Positions 27,476 through 39,693 are shown, counted from the first letter of the stretch. The stretch: DNA of 64,000 nt from Fonticula alba ATCC 38817 (GCA_000388065.2 KB932201.1), one strand, 5' to 3'. A program made the numbers and translations. Notes: generated by a model from the letters alone, not told the origin.

Positions 27476-30046
27476 TCAATTGCGCACAGTGGAAGCTGTT
27501 CCAGACTTGCGCAGATCAAACGGAGCTGCCGGCGTCTCCAGGCCACCAGCATCAGGGGCGGCCTCGTCGCCGAAGACATCGGCGTCGATGTAGTCGTGCT
27601 CGGCATCCTGGCCCTCGACAATCTCATCCTGGTTCTCGAAGTTGGCCTGCAAGTCCTGCTCGATCTCGCCCCACACGCGCGTCGTGTATGGAAGGAACCG
27701 AGGCCGGGCCCGGCTGGTGGGCAAGACGCCGAAGATGTCACCATACAGCGGCCGAGTCATGCTATCAACCGGCGGCTGGCCCCAAAGCCCAGGAAGAACG
27801 CCCCACTTGGCCCTGTTGTAAGGCATGCCACAGTGCGTTAGTTCCGGGGAAAGCAGTAGCAACACAGGAAATGTCGCAAACAAGGGGGGAAGGACGGGGA
27901 AAGCGAGCAAGAGAGCAAGAGAGGGCGAGAGAGAGCGAGAGAGAGCGAGAGAGAGCGAGAGAGAGCGAGAGAGAGCGAGAGAGAGCGAGAGAGAGCGAGA
28001 GGATGGGAGGAAGGGAAGAAGCTAGATAGGAAGGCGACCGGGGAAGATAATGAGCAAGAGCGCACCGCTCAGGCAAGGGCGCATTGACACCGGGGATCTT
28101 CAGCGAAGGGTAGGAAGGCGGCGGTCCATGCGTCTGCATGGCATAAAGCCATGGCGGGGGGAAGCTAATGTCTGACGGGTCATGCGGCTCCAGCGGCATG
28201 CCCAGGGCCTCACGAAGCCGGGGGGAAATATAACCCGGGCGGATGTCCTTGGGCATGGTCACTTCGAATTCCTTGCCCTCGTAGTAGCTGTGAATGGGCA
28301 TGGGCATGGGCATTGGGCATTGGGCATTGGGCATTGGGCATTGGGCATTGGGGGGAGGGAGAGGGGGAGAGAGAAGAAGAGAAGAGACGGCGAATGTGCC
28401 AGTTGTGTCAGCAAGGGTACATGCCCGTCCCCGTAGCCATGCAGGGAGGAGGAGAGATGTCATGGCGAGTGTCCAGGAACGCACACATCGCCATGCTGGG
28501 TCAGAGGCGGGCGAGTTTGATGAACGATGAAGGCCGCATGCAGCAGCTCATATGGAAGCTTATTGCGATCGAGCTTGGGGCGCATGCGGTCGCGCATCTT
28601 CTGCGAGAGACTTTGATTGGCCTCGCGCTCGCGAAGGTCCTCGCGCATCTCAACAATACCGGTGTCCCGGATGTACTCTAGTGTCGGGAAACAGGTCGAT
28701 AGAAGGGAAGAGTGGGCGGTTAGAATCTGCCAAGGGAAGTGGGACCAAAACGATTGGCAACAGCGCGGACGTACTGGGAAGCTCGAAGGCCGGCTTCTCG
28801 AGACCACGCTTGTTCTGCAGATATTTCCGCTTCTGAGCCCAGTGCCGGGGCACGGGGACCGCATTCTTGGTGGCCTTCAGGGTGACAAGCAGGGTGGGAT
28901 CTGCGGCAGTCACATCAACCCACTGAAGAGCGAAGAAACCCGAGGGAGGGGGAGAGAAAGAAAGAGCCGTAGGGAGGGAGTTAGAAGGCGCTTGCCAGAT
29001 GGGGGGGGGGGAGGAGGGGTGAAAAAAAAAAAGAAAAAGAAGAAGCAGTCAAACGCAGGACGGACCTCAACAACATCAGGCTGGTTGACCAGGCGCTTGA
29101 GGTCGGCCACACTCAGCTGGCGCACACGACGCAGACGCTTCCGAGAGATTTGGTTCTCCTCGTCCTCATCGTTCTCATCGCCTTCATCCTCGCGGGTGTC
29201 CTGGCCGACCTCATCGAAGCGACTGATGCGAGGGGCCTCCTGGAGTGGCGGGTGCTTGTCATTAGTAATGGCCAGGGGAGGCGTGAGGGAGGGGGAGACA
29301 AAAGAAGCAACACAATGAAAGTGAAAGAAGGCAATCGCGACCTACCTCATCATCGGCATGGAGGCCGGCGGACTTCTCGGCGAGCTGCTTGAAGCGGTTC
29401 ATCACTTCCAGCATTTCCGAAAGGGCAGGATCCACGGCGTCCGGGGTGGGGAGCTCCTCCGGAACATACTCCACAGTGACCTGCGAGGAAAAGCAGGGGA
29501 AATGCAGGTGCACGCATGTGCATGTGTTGCTGTGTAAGCACAGGCGAGAGCAGACGACACGATGAAGAAGGGGCCAGGCGGATAGAAACAGATATATATA
29601 TATATATATATGGGACTCTCCAGGACAAACGCACCTCCAGAGGAGTCTCGACCTGGGGCGGCTGTTCAGCTGACACCGACTCTTCGGCCACTGTCTGTGG
29701 CTGTTGCTGCTGCTGCTGCTGCTCCTTCTCAGACGCAAGGGCAAGGGACTTCAACTGGGCATCGGCGGCAGCCTCGATGGCCTCAATCTTCAGCCGGGCG
29801 CGACGACGCTCGTGCTTCTTCCGGTTCTTCAGCGCGCTTGCTGAGAGCGGCTTGGAAGCCTGAAAGGGGGAAGGGGGGGGAAGAGGGTAGAAGGGGTCAG
29901 TGTTGATAAGTCAGAAGTGGCAGAGCCTGGGCCCGGGCAGTGGAGAACAAATAGCAGACAAAGGCAAATAGCGAAAGCGAGGGGGAGAGAAAGAAAGGGG
30001 GGAGCAAGAGGCGACATGGTACGCGACGTACACCATCGACATTCAT
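27476..30046 (-). CDS. SF3B2: U2 snRNP splicing factor SF3B2 / Cus1, multi-exon
   Basis: LSVADLKRLVNQPDVVE, VTAADPTLLVTLKATKNAVPVPRHWAQKRKYLQNKRG (DUF382), PPPWLYAMQTHGPPPSYPSLKIPG (PSP), WGQPPVD...LYGDIFG. The 5-codon first exon MNVDG is inferred. Confidence 0.93.
27926..28000. repeat. (GAGAGAGCGA)n intronic tandem repeat
   Basis: About 7 copies of a 10-mer inside an SF3B2 intron. Confidence 0.9.
28295..28350. repeat. (TGGGCA[T])n intronic tandem repeat
   Basis: About 8 copies of a 6-7-mer inside an SF3B2 intron. Confidence 0.9.
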
Positions 30047-30843
30047 CGTGGGGAGGGGGCGAAAGAGGGGAGCCTCAGAGGGAATGAAGAGTGGGCGAAC
30101 GCGATGGAGGGATGAAAAAGCGGGGCAAGAGGGGAAGGAGGAAAGACGACGACTTGGGGGGGAGGGGGGGGGGGAAGGAAGAGGTGGGGGAGGGATGTGG
30201 GATGACGCTCCTTTGCCGCACACCGGCGAGCTGGGCGGTCGCTCAAAAAGAAAGAGCCCTAGCATGTGATGCGGTCAGGCGGCAGGCCTTCATTCGTTGG
30301 CAGTCGGTCCTATCGGCCGGGACTACACAATGGGACCGCCCTCTTCTGCCGCCCAGAGCCAGTTAGTCCTCAAGTCTTGCTCCTCTTGTGCCATCCCCCG
30401 GAAGGACGCCTTCCCCGCCCAGCTGGCCTTGTCTGCTCCCTGGGCGCGATCAACGCCGCCTGTGAGCGTCCTGACGGATGCGTTACCCCGTGCCTGGAGT
30501 CAGGAATAACAAACACGAAAATGATTGGAGTTTATGTTTCGGGGCTGGGGGGAAAAGGGCGAGGGGGGAGGGAAGAGCAAAGGAGGAGGAGCGTTTGCCA
30601 GCGATCTTCCCTCTTGGTGGAATGCACGCACCCGCGCACACGCGGGAGGAGGGGAGCTGGAGAGGTTGGAAGGACAAGTACAGGTGATAAGAGTGGAAAA
30701 GAGGGAGGTAGAGGGGGGGGGGAGGCCGATTGGGAGAGGGTGATGTTGCTTGGGCAGGACGGCATGAAACTTCGACTGTAGGATCTACAGGAAAAATGCC
30801 GAAATGAGGATCGCTGGAAAGGGATTTGTGTGTGTGTGTGTGT

Positions 30844-30884
<41 letters not shown>

Positions 30885-31081
30885 AGGGAGGGACAGTGGG
30901 GAAGGAGAGTATCGCGCTGGAGGAGGACCCTTTCTAGGCCCTGGAGAGCTGGGTGATATAAGGGGAAAGGGAAAGAGAGGACTATCAAAAGCCGCATGAC
31001 CGGTGGCAAAGTCTCACGCGATGGTGGCCTTTGATCTTCTGTGTCTCTTCTTCTTTCGTCTTCCCTCTTCGGCTCGACGAT

Positions 31082-33456
31082 TTAGCGGCACTCCCAAAGC
31101 TTGATGTCTTGGTTGACAGAGCCAGTGGCGAGCAGCGGACTGGTCAGGCAGAAGTCCAGGCTGGTGACAAAATGCGAGTGAGCCTCGATTGTTTTGATGC
31201 TGTGTGCGTATGTGAAAGGTCAGTCAGCGGAAAGGGGCGAATCAGACAATGGGTAGCATGCGGTACTTAAAGCCACAAGGAACGGGCGATGGGGGAGGGA
31301 GGGGGGGGGGGGAGAGAGAGGAGCACGGACCACCGGCCGTTGGAGAGATCCCATATCCGGAGGGTTTTATCATCTGCGACTGACAGGAGGAATTTACCGG
31401 ACGGGTGGAAGGCCAGCGCTCGGACCCAGTTATCGTGGCCGTTCTAATGGAAAGGGGCGAACGGGGGATCAGTGAGAGGAGGAGGAGTTGGATTTAGGAA
31501 GTGAGAAGTGGGGAGAAAGAGAGAGAGAGAGAGAGAGGAAGAGAAAGAAGGAGGAAAGGAGAGTCAGTAAGAAAGGATACTGTGGGGATGTATGCCGTTT
31601 GTACAGGGACATTGAGGGGAACATGGGTGTCTGCCACGCACAAAGGTATGGACACACTGGCCAGTCCGAGTGTCCCAGAGCTTGATTGTCCGATCACGAC
31701 TGCCAGTGGCCACGTAGTGCAGGCTCTCCTGGACCGCGGGACCATCGCCCTCAGCGGTGGTGTCAGTGCCGTCAGGCGAGCCAGGCACGGCACTTTCACG
31801 CGCCGCTCGCCGTGCCGCCGCTGCGGTTACCTTCGGCAAGCCGAGGAGCTCACGTAGGGGAGCCTCGGCCAGGTGGGGCGCCCAGACCACGCACTCCACC
31901 ACATGTGAGTGACCGCCCATGGTCTGCAGGCAGTTGCCTGTCCGGGTGTCCCAAATCTTGACCAGCTGCATGTGTTTGTGCGCATTCGCGTCATATAAAT
32001 GGGGAGGAGGAGGGAAAGAGGGGAGAGAGAGAGAGAAGGACATGCGAGTCGCATGAGGGAAACATGAGGCACGGGGTAAGAATGCGTGGGTTTGCGCCAG
32101 TGGAGGAAGACAGGGGTGGACGGGGCGAGAGAGGGAGAGAGAGAGAGAGATGCGGAAGGGGAAGCGGAAATACCACGACAAAGGGGAAGGGGAGACAACA
32201 AAGCGCACCTGGTCATTGGAGCACGAGGCGATGAATGCCCCGGCATGGGAGGGAATCGCCCGGCGAACCCAATCCGAATGGGCCGAGGTGATCGTGCGGA
32301 CACAGTGGCCGGAAGTGATGTTCCAAATGCGGATGGTGTTGTCCCGCGAGGCAGACACCAAGAGCTCACCGCGCGGCTGGATGAAAGCCACCGATGACAC
32401 ATTGTGATCGTGGCCGATGAGTGTCCGCACGCAGGTGTAGTCGTCCGACGCGTCCCAGAGCTTGATGGTCAAGTCGGCCGAACACGAGGCTGAGGAGGTG
32501 GGAGAGCCGAAGGGGATGAAAGACAGGAACATTAGCGGTGGCGGTGGGGGATGGAGGGTTGTGAGCGCCCGGAAGGAGGCAGGGGAGGGGCGAGGGAGGG
32601 AGAGAGAGAGAGAGAGAGAGAAAGAAAGAAAGGGAGGGAGGACGCACCAAGAAGATTGCCATTCGGGCTGTATGCAAGGTCCTGCACGGTGTTTGTATGG
32701 CCACGACAAGTCCGCTCGAGATGCCCGGTATCATAGTCCCAGAGCTTGATGGTGGCATCTTCGGAGGAGGAGGCTGGAGGGGAGTGGAAGGAGTCAGCAC
32801 GCTATTTGGGGTACATACACACACACACACACACACATGGGCGCCCATGCATTTGCCAGGGCGATGGCGGCATACCAACAACGGTATAGACCGGGTGGAA
32901 AGACACCTGGGTAACGGGGCTCCGGTGACCAGTGAGGATGAACTTTTCGGGAGCACTGTCGGCAGGGCGGACAGGGTCAGTTGCTGGAAAGGGGAGAGAG
33001 AGAGAGAGAGAGAGAGAGAGGCGGGAAGGGTGTAGGAAGGAGGCGCACCGAGGGAGCCAATCGCGTGTGGAGGTATCGACGCGCACAGGGGCGGCTGCCA
33101 GCTCGGTCTGGAGCTCGGCCACCTGCTTCTCCAGCTCGATCACCTTGCGCTGGAGACGGACCACCGATGTCCACTTCTTCTCCAACAGCGAGGCGAACTT
33201 GGTCGAGGAAAAGGTTGCGGAGTCGGCCGGGTCCACACCGTCAAGGGGGACCTCGCGTGCGAAGGCCGCGGCCGACTCGCCCAGGCCATTCTGGTGAAGG
33301 TATGAGAGGATCGAGAAATTGCTGTATCCCGGGAGGAAGCGCGTCAGTGGGATGGAGGGCGAATGTGGGTCAAGGAAGCAAGCAATCCAAGTGAGGGACA
33401 GGCACGCACAGCTCCTCTTGCTGACGGGATGTCAGGATGGAGCGGGATTGGGCCAT
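31082..33456 (-). CDS. LIS1: Dynein regulator LIS1 / NudF / Pac1, 8 exons
   Basis: [16 protein letters not shown]|NFSILSYL (LisH), [20 protein letters not shown] coiled coil, [19 protein letters not shown], seven WD40 repeats, C-terminal [11 protein letters not shown]...DIKLWECR*. Confidence 0.97.
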
Positions 33457-35237
33457 CGTGCCGGGTCAGTGGCGCCGGCGGATCGGCGATTCCGGGCAGC
33501 AGGGGCTGGGAAAAGGGGAAGGTGAAGGAGGCGAGGCGGGCCGACAATGGAGAGAGAGAGAGAGGGGGGAGGAGCGTTTTTTCCCAAGAACCCGGTGCGG
33601 CGAGAGGAGCGACGGACGAGGGGCGAGCGAGCGAGCGAGCAACAGGGCGGGGAGAGGAGAGACGGGGAGGGGGGTGGGGAGGCGGGGGCGGTGAGGGGTG
33701 GGGGCGACGGGTGCCGGGCGAGGGGGGCGTCTCGGGGATGAAGGTACACCGCGGGGCCCCCGGGGGCCCGGGCGCTGGGGCCGAGAAAAATGTCCCCGGC
33801 TCCGGGTGGGGCGGGTATCTCGTCGCCGGCAGAGCGCCAAGACGGCCAGCCCAGCGGGGGCCTGCGGGTTGACTGACCAGTAGATGGACCCCAGCCAGCC
33901 AAGAGAAGAGCTGGAGAATGGCACGTCCTGGACGCCCAGACGCACATTCGTGTGCGTCCCTCCTTCCCTGGACATCGCCAAGAAATGAGTGCGTATGTGT
34001 GTGTGTGTGTGTGTGTATGTGCGAGTCTCCGCGAGTGTTGTGCGGAGATGACAGGCAGCAGCCCTTGGTCCACGGGGCACAACAGCGCAAGTGGCTGCCC
34101 CACCCGCAATGTGGTCGACAATGCCAGCCTGGGCAGCATCCAGCCTCTCATCCCCCGGGCCCTTTGGCGGCGTCTATATGTTCCCCCGGGCGCTTGACGG
34201 TCAGGCGGAGGCCCCCGAGGATGGGCAGCGGATCTTTGTCAGCTGTGTGGTGAGGAAAACGCCACCAGCAACGGCCGAAGGGGCTCCAACATTCCCCCAT
34301 CCGACTTTGGTTGGGATGTCCCCACACAAGCACCCTGAAAGTGCCCCCCCCCCCCCCCCCCCGCCCGCGCCTCGCCCCCCGCGCCTCGCCCAGCTCCACT
34401 CGGCCCCGCCCCGGGCCAGCCGGGAAAGGAAGGATACCACAGGCGGAGGATGGAAAACAATGCATAGTTGCCTGCTCATGGCGAGGGAAGTGTCCGCACC
34501 CGCATCAGCAGATACTGGTGTCCGTCTAGAATCCCTCTCTGACCGACTAAAAGGGCACCAACACGGATGCTGCTGGATGGACATTCCCCCAGGTAGCTAA
34601 TCCTCCCCGGCCCAGGTTCATCCCCTCCCCCCCTCCCCCATCGTTCTCTGCCCTCGGCTCCGCGGAGACAAACTGGCGAGCATCCAGTCCCAGATCCCGG
34701 CCTCCGGAAGTTGAGACTGGGATCAGTGAAAAGGGCGATTAAAAATGCTGGCATTTTAGCCTGAAGGGGGTACTCCGGTCGGGCTGGGGCCAGGTGCTCC
34801 CCTGCTGGAGGCCGGCGCATCCGCCAGCCCAAATCGGTTAAACACACAACACCATTTCCTCTGGATCGACCTAAGGCACAACGCCTCCAGGTGTAAATTG
34901 AGTCGGCTACTTGGACGAGCTATTGCGATCGACGGGGAGTTTAGCGGCGGGCACTGCCATCTTCGGCTCTTGGGGCCGCAAGGGCGATGGGCCTCGGCTT
35001 GAGCCAGGAAAGCTGACGGCTTCGGTAGCCTCTTCGCGGCTTGCCCGACCCTCGGAGGAGGGCATATTTCTCCCCACAGTGTCGCCTCAAGTGACCTGAA
35101 TGCTCTGCATTAAGCCTCCCTCTCCCCCCCCCCCCCCCAATCCGTCGATCCACCCACCCTTATCCTCTGTGACTTACGACCTCCCTCCACCGTCCCTGCT
35201 CGATCCCCCTTCCCCCTCTCCGTGCACCCTGGAAAGC

Positions 35238-35840
35238 ATGGCCGACGATCTGCACGCCGGCGCGGCTGTCTTTGGCGAGGCTTTCCGCAAGCTCTCCCCC
35301 GCCGAGTACGCCACTCTGTCCGAAAGTGATCGGGCAGTCTACGATGTGCGCCTGGCAATTGTGGAGAAGCGCGAGCAGGAGGGTATGTCCCTGATCTATG
35401 GGTGTTCTTCGCCTGGTGGCAATGCTGTGCAAGCTGCCGTTGACTTACTTTCCGACCTCCCCCCTCGGTTTCCTCCGGATCCCAGCCCTTCCCTACACCT
35501 GGCAGCAGACCCTCAGCGAAGTGACCGTGTCCTTCCCCCTCCCCGAGGGCGTTACTCGTGCCAAGCAGCTGAGCGTCGTCCTTGCCAATGCCCCAAAGCC
35601 TGTGAAGATTACCACGCCCGAGGGCGTGCTGTTTGAGGTACGCCATGGCCAGCTGGCCCGATATGGAGGACAAATACACTTGGCTCGAGTTGGGTGGGCT
35701 CTTTCCTCCTCTTCTCTTCTCCTCTCTGTCTATCTCACATTTTTCTACGTGCATACACACACACACTCACTCACTCACACACGCGCACACTCGCACATGC
35801 GCACACGCACACGCACACGCACATGCGCACACGCACACGC

Positions 35841-35879
<39 letters not shown>

Positions 35880-36386
35880 AGGGCATCCTCTGTTATCGAG
35901 TCAGCCTTGATGACACTTCTTGGTTCATTGGTGTGTTTGTCTCAATGACTGGTTCTCCAAACCTTCCCCGGCCCCCGCCCACATCGAATGCTCACACTTA
36001 TGGCTCTTTTCGGGCCGTGCTCCCCTGTTTATAGACGATGGGCGACTGGTCATTGAGATGGAAAAAAGCGGCTCCGGGTCTCAGGGCGCCTGGTGGAAGG
36101 CCGTCTTCCAGGGCGACCCGGAGCTGGACATCAGCAAAATCCAACCCGAGAACAGTAGCCTGGCTGACCTGGATCCGGAAACTCGGAAGATGGTGGAGAA
36201 AATGATGGTACACATGCTCACCCACTCATTTGTGCATGCGCGCGCTTTAAGCCACACGGTCGACCACACAATGTCTCTTCCTCTTGTGAGCATCGTCGAT
36301 GACTTCTAACTGGATGGTGTTTGCCCCTTTCCCTTCGTATCTTCTGGCCTTCGAAACTCCAGCATGAGCAGCGCAACCAACGTTGA
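35238..36386 (+). CDS. NUDC: NudC-family CS/p23-domain co-chaperone, short form, 5 exons
   Basis: [24 protein letters not shown]|[50 protein letters not shown]|HEQRNQR*. The last micro-exon (36363-36386) is inferred from splice signals. Confidence 0.88.
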
Positions 36387-36961
36387 CACATGGGTCCCGG
36401 TGCAAGTTTACGTACTCCCCCCCCCCCCCCCTCCCCACAACCCAATCACCTTGACCATGATAAAACACTCCACTATGCATCACAGCAGGTAGGCTGTCAA
36501 AGAGAGAGAAAAAAAAAAGAAGAGGTCGGGGCACAAGCAGGGAGAGCAAGTGGGAGGTAGGCTCAATCTATTAACAGTCAACAAGTCCAACCTGTGCATG
36601 TGCATCGCCGGGGCGTGTTCTCCCTTTTTTGTACACGCCGCAGAGCTGGCGTTGGGGGGTTCTCGGGAGAAGAGACGACGTCTGCAAGGGCAGCTCGGAC
36701 ACGGAAATAAAGGAGCGAGGGAGTGGGGGGGNNNNNNNNNNNNNNNNNNNNNNNNNNNNNNNNNNNNNNNNNNNNNNNNNNNNNNNNNNNNNNNNNNNNN
36801 NNNNNNNNNNNNNNNNNNNNNNNNNNNNNNNNNNNNNNNNNNNNNNNNNNNNNNNNNNNNNNNNNNNNNNNNNNNNNNNNNNCGGGGCTCCGGTGACCAG
36901 TGAGGATGAACTTTTCGGGAGCACTGTCGGCAGGGCGGACAGGGTCAGTTGCTGGAAAGGG

Positions 36962-36996
<35 letters not shown>

Positions 36997-37015
36997 GGGG
37001 GGGGCGAATATCATC

Positions 37016-38131
37016 TTAGATATCGCAGCAACGATCGATCGGCTCGTTGAAGATACCCTGATCCGGACCAGTCTGGGCGGCCGGGCCACAGTGGAGACGG
37101 ACACGGGAAAGGGCACTGGCGGCGGCGGCCTGGCAGGCCAGGCGGCCAACGGCCAAGCCGATGACCACCGAAATGAAGAGGCCAGCGTGGTAGGTCATGA
37201 TCAGGAGCATCACCGCATAGGCCAGAGCGATGGCCGCAGCGAGGAGGAGGAAGTTGCCCACATGCCAGAGGGCAGTGCGCTTCATCGGGGCACGACGTCC
37301 ATTGCCGGACAGGATGGGCGCCTCGGCGGCCGAATCGTAGTTGAGGACCTTCTCGGAGGAGGGGGACGCGTTGTTGGAAGTGCCAGTGGCAGGGGCACCA
37401 GAGCCACCGGCCACGCGGGCCGCCGCCATGGAGGGGCACTTGCTGGTGCTGCCAGAGGGGGTGCTAGCCGAAACAAGGTACCCGCGCAGGGCGACAATGG
37501 CCTCAAGCAGGAAGCACAGCACAATGGTGCCGATGCAGGCGCCAATCACGCGAGCCTGGCTGGTCAGGTCCCAGTCGACGAAGAGGAAGCGCACGCAGGT
37601 CTGCCCCGGGCCACCAAAGGAGAAGCCGTTCAGCATGACGGTGGCACCGGTGCAGTAAGCCGGAGCCGGGGGGTGGTGCGAGGAGTCGCTGCTGCCAGGC
37701 TCACCACCGGCCGGGGCCAGGTACTTGTTCGGGTCCTCGGAGAACATGCGGGCGCAGCCAGCGCTGCAAGTCCACACACTCTGGCCGTTGCGAATCTCAG
37801 CACGATGGGCATGGGCATCACGGTGAGCGGGGTCCGGGGCGGTCATGCCGCACACCGGGCAGTGTGCCGGCTCGAGATCCGAATCGAAGGCCTCAGCAGG
37901 GCCAGTCGCCTCGCCAACAACAACCAGAGACGGGTCCGCACGCTCGGCCTTGTGGCCCATGCCGCAGAAGAGGGTGCGCTGGCCGTGCTTCCAGAGGACG
38001 GGGTTTTCCTCGATGGCATCCATGCCGCACGAGGGGCAGGTGGGCATGCGAGCATCAGCCATGGGGGCCGTCATGAGGAAGGCCCCGAGGACGGTCAGCA
38101 TGACGGCCAGCAGGGCGAAGAGGGGAAACAT
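37016..38131 (-). CDS. CTR: Ctr (SLC31) copper transporter with a signal peptide and two N-terminal YHS/TRASH-like domains; intronless, about 371 aa
   Basis: FLFVDW..GACIGTIVLCFLLE (TM1), VMLLIMTY (MxxxM, TM2), GLAVG (GxxxG, TM3), C-terminal RCCDI. N-terminal CPSCGM...FCGMGH and CPVCGM...TCSAGCARMFSEDPNKY. Confidence 0.92.
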   Translation of the reverse strand: MFPLFALLAVMLTVLGAFLMTAPMADARMPTCPSCGMDAIEENPVLWKHGQRTLFCGMGHKAERADPSLVVVGEATGPAEAFDSDLEPAHCPVCGMTAPDPAHRDAHAHRAEIRNGQSVWTCSAGCARMFSEDPNKYLAPAGGEPGSSDSSHHPPAPAYCTGATVMLNGFSFGGPGQTCVRFLFVDWDLTSQARVIGACIGTIVLCFLLEAIVALRGYLVSASTPSGSTSKCPSMAAARVAGGSGAPATGTSNNASPSSEKVLNYDSAAEAPILSGNGRRAPMKRTALWHVGNFLLLAAAIALAYAVMLLIMTYHAGLFISVVIGLAVGRLACQAAAASALSRVRLHCGPAAQTGPDQGIFNEPIDRCCDI

Positions 38132-38493
38132 GGCCGGGCGGCCGGGGGCGCGCGCGCGGCGTGGCTTGATCATGTTTGGGGTCTGTGTCCGAGGAGGGGG
38201 CGCGGTATGTGGATGGTCGGTCAGTCGGCGGGGAGATTACCGAGGTGCGTGTGTGTGTGTGTGTGTGTGTGTGCGGTAGTTGCAGGATCCGCAGCGCACG
38301 CACGAACTCTCGGCGGGAGGAGGGAAGCCGGGCGGAGAGGAGGGGGGGATGAGGCAAGAGGAGAGGCAGCTGGCGCGGCACTTTCCAGGGGGGGGGGGAG
38401 AGGGTGCTAGCTGTGGAGTGCGGTCCGAAGACAGGGTCCGAGATCTACCTCTCGCCTGTCTCCTGCCTCTCGGGCGAGGGGGCGGCTCGCCTC

Positions 38494-38524
<31 letters not shown>

Positions 38525-39005
38525 NNNNNNNNNNGGGGGGGGCGTCGGGCGGAGGTCCCACGTTTACGATGCCCAGCACCCGCTCTCAACCGACATGCCG
38601 GCCCAGTTTGCTGCCGCCCCCGACCGGAGGCCGTAATTTGGCGCTAATTCCTACTGAGACGCAGGTGCGTTGCCCAGCCGGTGGGACCGACCGCCGGTGC
38701 CCGTGCACACCTTCACAGGGGTGGGGATACGTTCGGGGCTTGGTGAGAGGGAGCCCACAGACCCGGGAAGGGGGGCTAGGGGGGGGGGATTGCTCGCGAG
38801 AGTGGCGCCGTGCGACACCCCCGCCACGAAGGGTGCGGCTCTCCAACGTACATGGACACGGGGCAGTTGTGGTGGCCGTCGGAATGTCTGATGTGATTGG
38901 ACCAAGGGCGAAAAAAGGGCCGGAGGAAAGCGGCCCCCGGAGGGAGGATATCCACACACGTGCACACCCCGACGCTCGTTTGTCCCGATCGTCTGATCCC
39001 TCTCG

Positions 39006-39041
<36 letters not shown>

Positions 39042-39693
39042 CGCCCGTCCCGCACCCCCTCCCTCGAAGGGAGCATGGTCATTCAATTGTGCCCCCATGC
39101 ACAGACGGCGGTGCGAGACTTGCCCCGAGGGGGCCGGAGGGGCTGAGACACGGCCGCCATGTGTCGTCCGTCCTAACAGGATACCTCCTCCTCTCAAGGG
39201 TGGCCGCGGTGGTGCCGGTGATTAATTCGCCCCCCCCCCCCCCCCCCCCCGTCCTGTTGAAAAGTCTCATTCTCCCAAGGACGGGGGCCAGGCTCAGGTC
39301 GGAGCCCCGTTGTCGGGCCTCCCCGTGCGTCGGTCCTCTGCCCGTGCTGGCCACCCTACTGCCCCACTTCGGCGTCAACGTCGGTCGGTTGATCGAGGGA
39401 GAGGGCGAAATAGAGCGAGAGAGAGAGGAGTGAAGCCGGAACGGGGGGGGGGAGGGGCAAGGAGACGCTGAGCCCCGGGCTGTTTTCTACATCCTAACAG
39501 GGACTCGTGCATATCTCTTGTTGCGGCCGCGAGAGGGAGAGGGGGACCAGGAGGCCCTCACAGCACGATGACCTCATCAAGCCGGAAGCCCCGGCATGAT
39601 CATTGTCCGTGTCCCTTTTTTCCCCATGTCCGGCCTACTTTTGTCGCGCCGACAGCGAAAGTTCGGCGAACAGGTCGCGCACACTATGCCCAA

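Noticed and set aside
34690-34920. GGAAGTTGAGACTGGG and TCGGCTAC resembling RNase P CR-I/CR-V
   Set aside because: No convincing P1/P2, CR-II, III and IV are missing, and a local gatccc/gggatc stem would sequester the putative CR-I. A cmscan would settle it.
36883-36985. About 100-nt copy of a LIS1 exon/intron piece (32915-33020) next to the Ctr stop codon
   Set aside because: It also starts at a gap edge, about 4 kb from its source, and ends in a shared AG microsatellite. Probable assembly artefact.
39171-39501. Repeated 10-mer TCCTAACAGG upstream of the Ctr gene
   Set aside because: One repeated 10-mer is expected by chance in a region of this size, and it matches no copper-response element I know.
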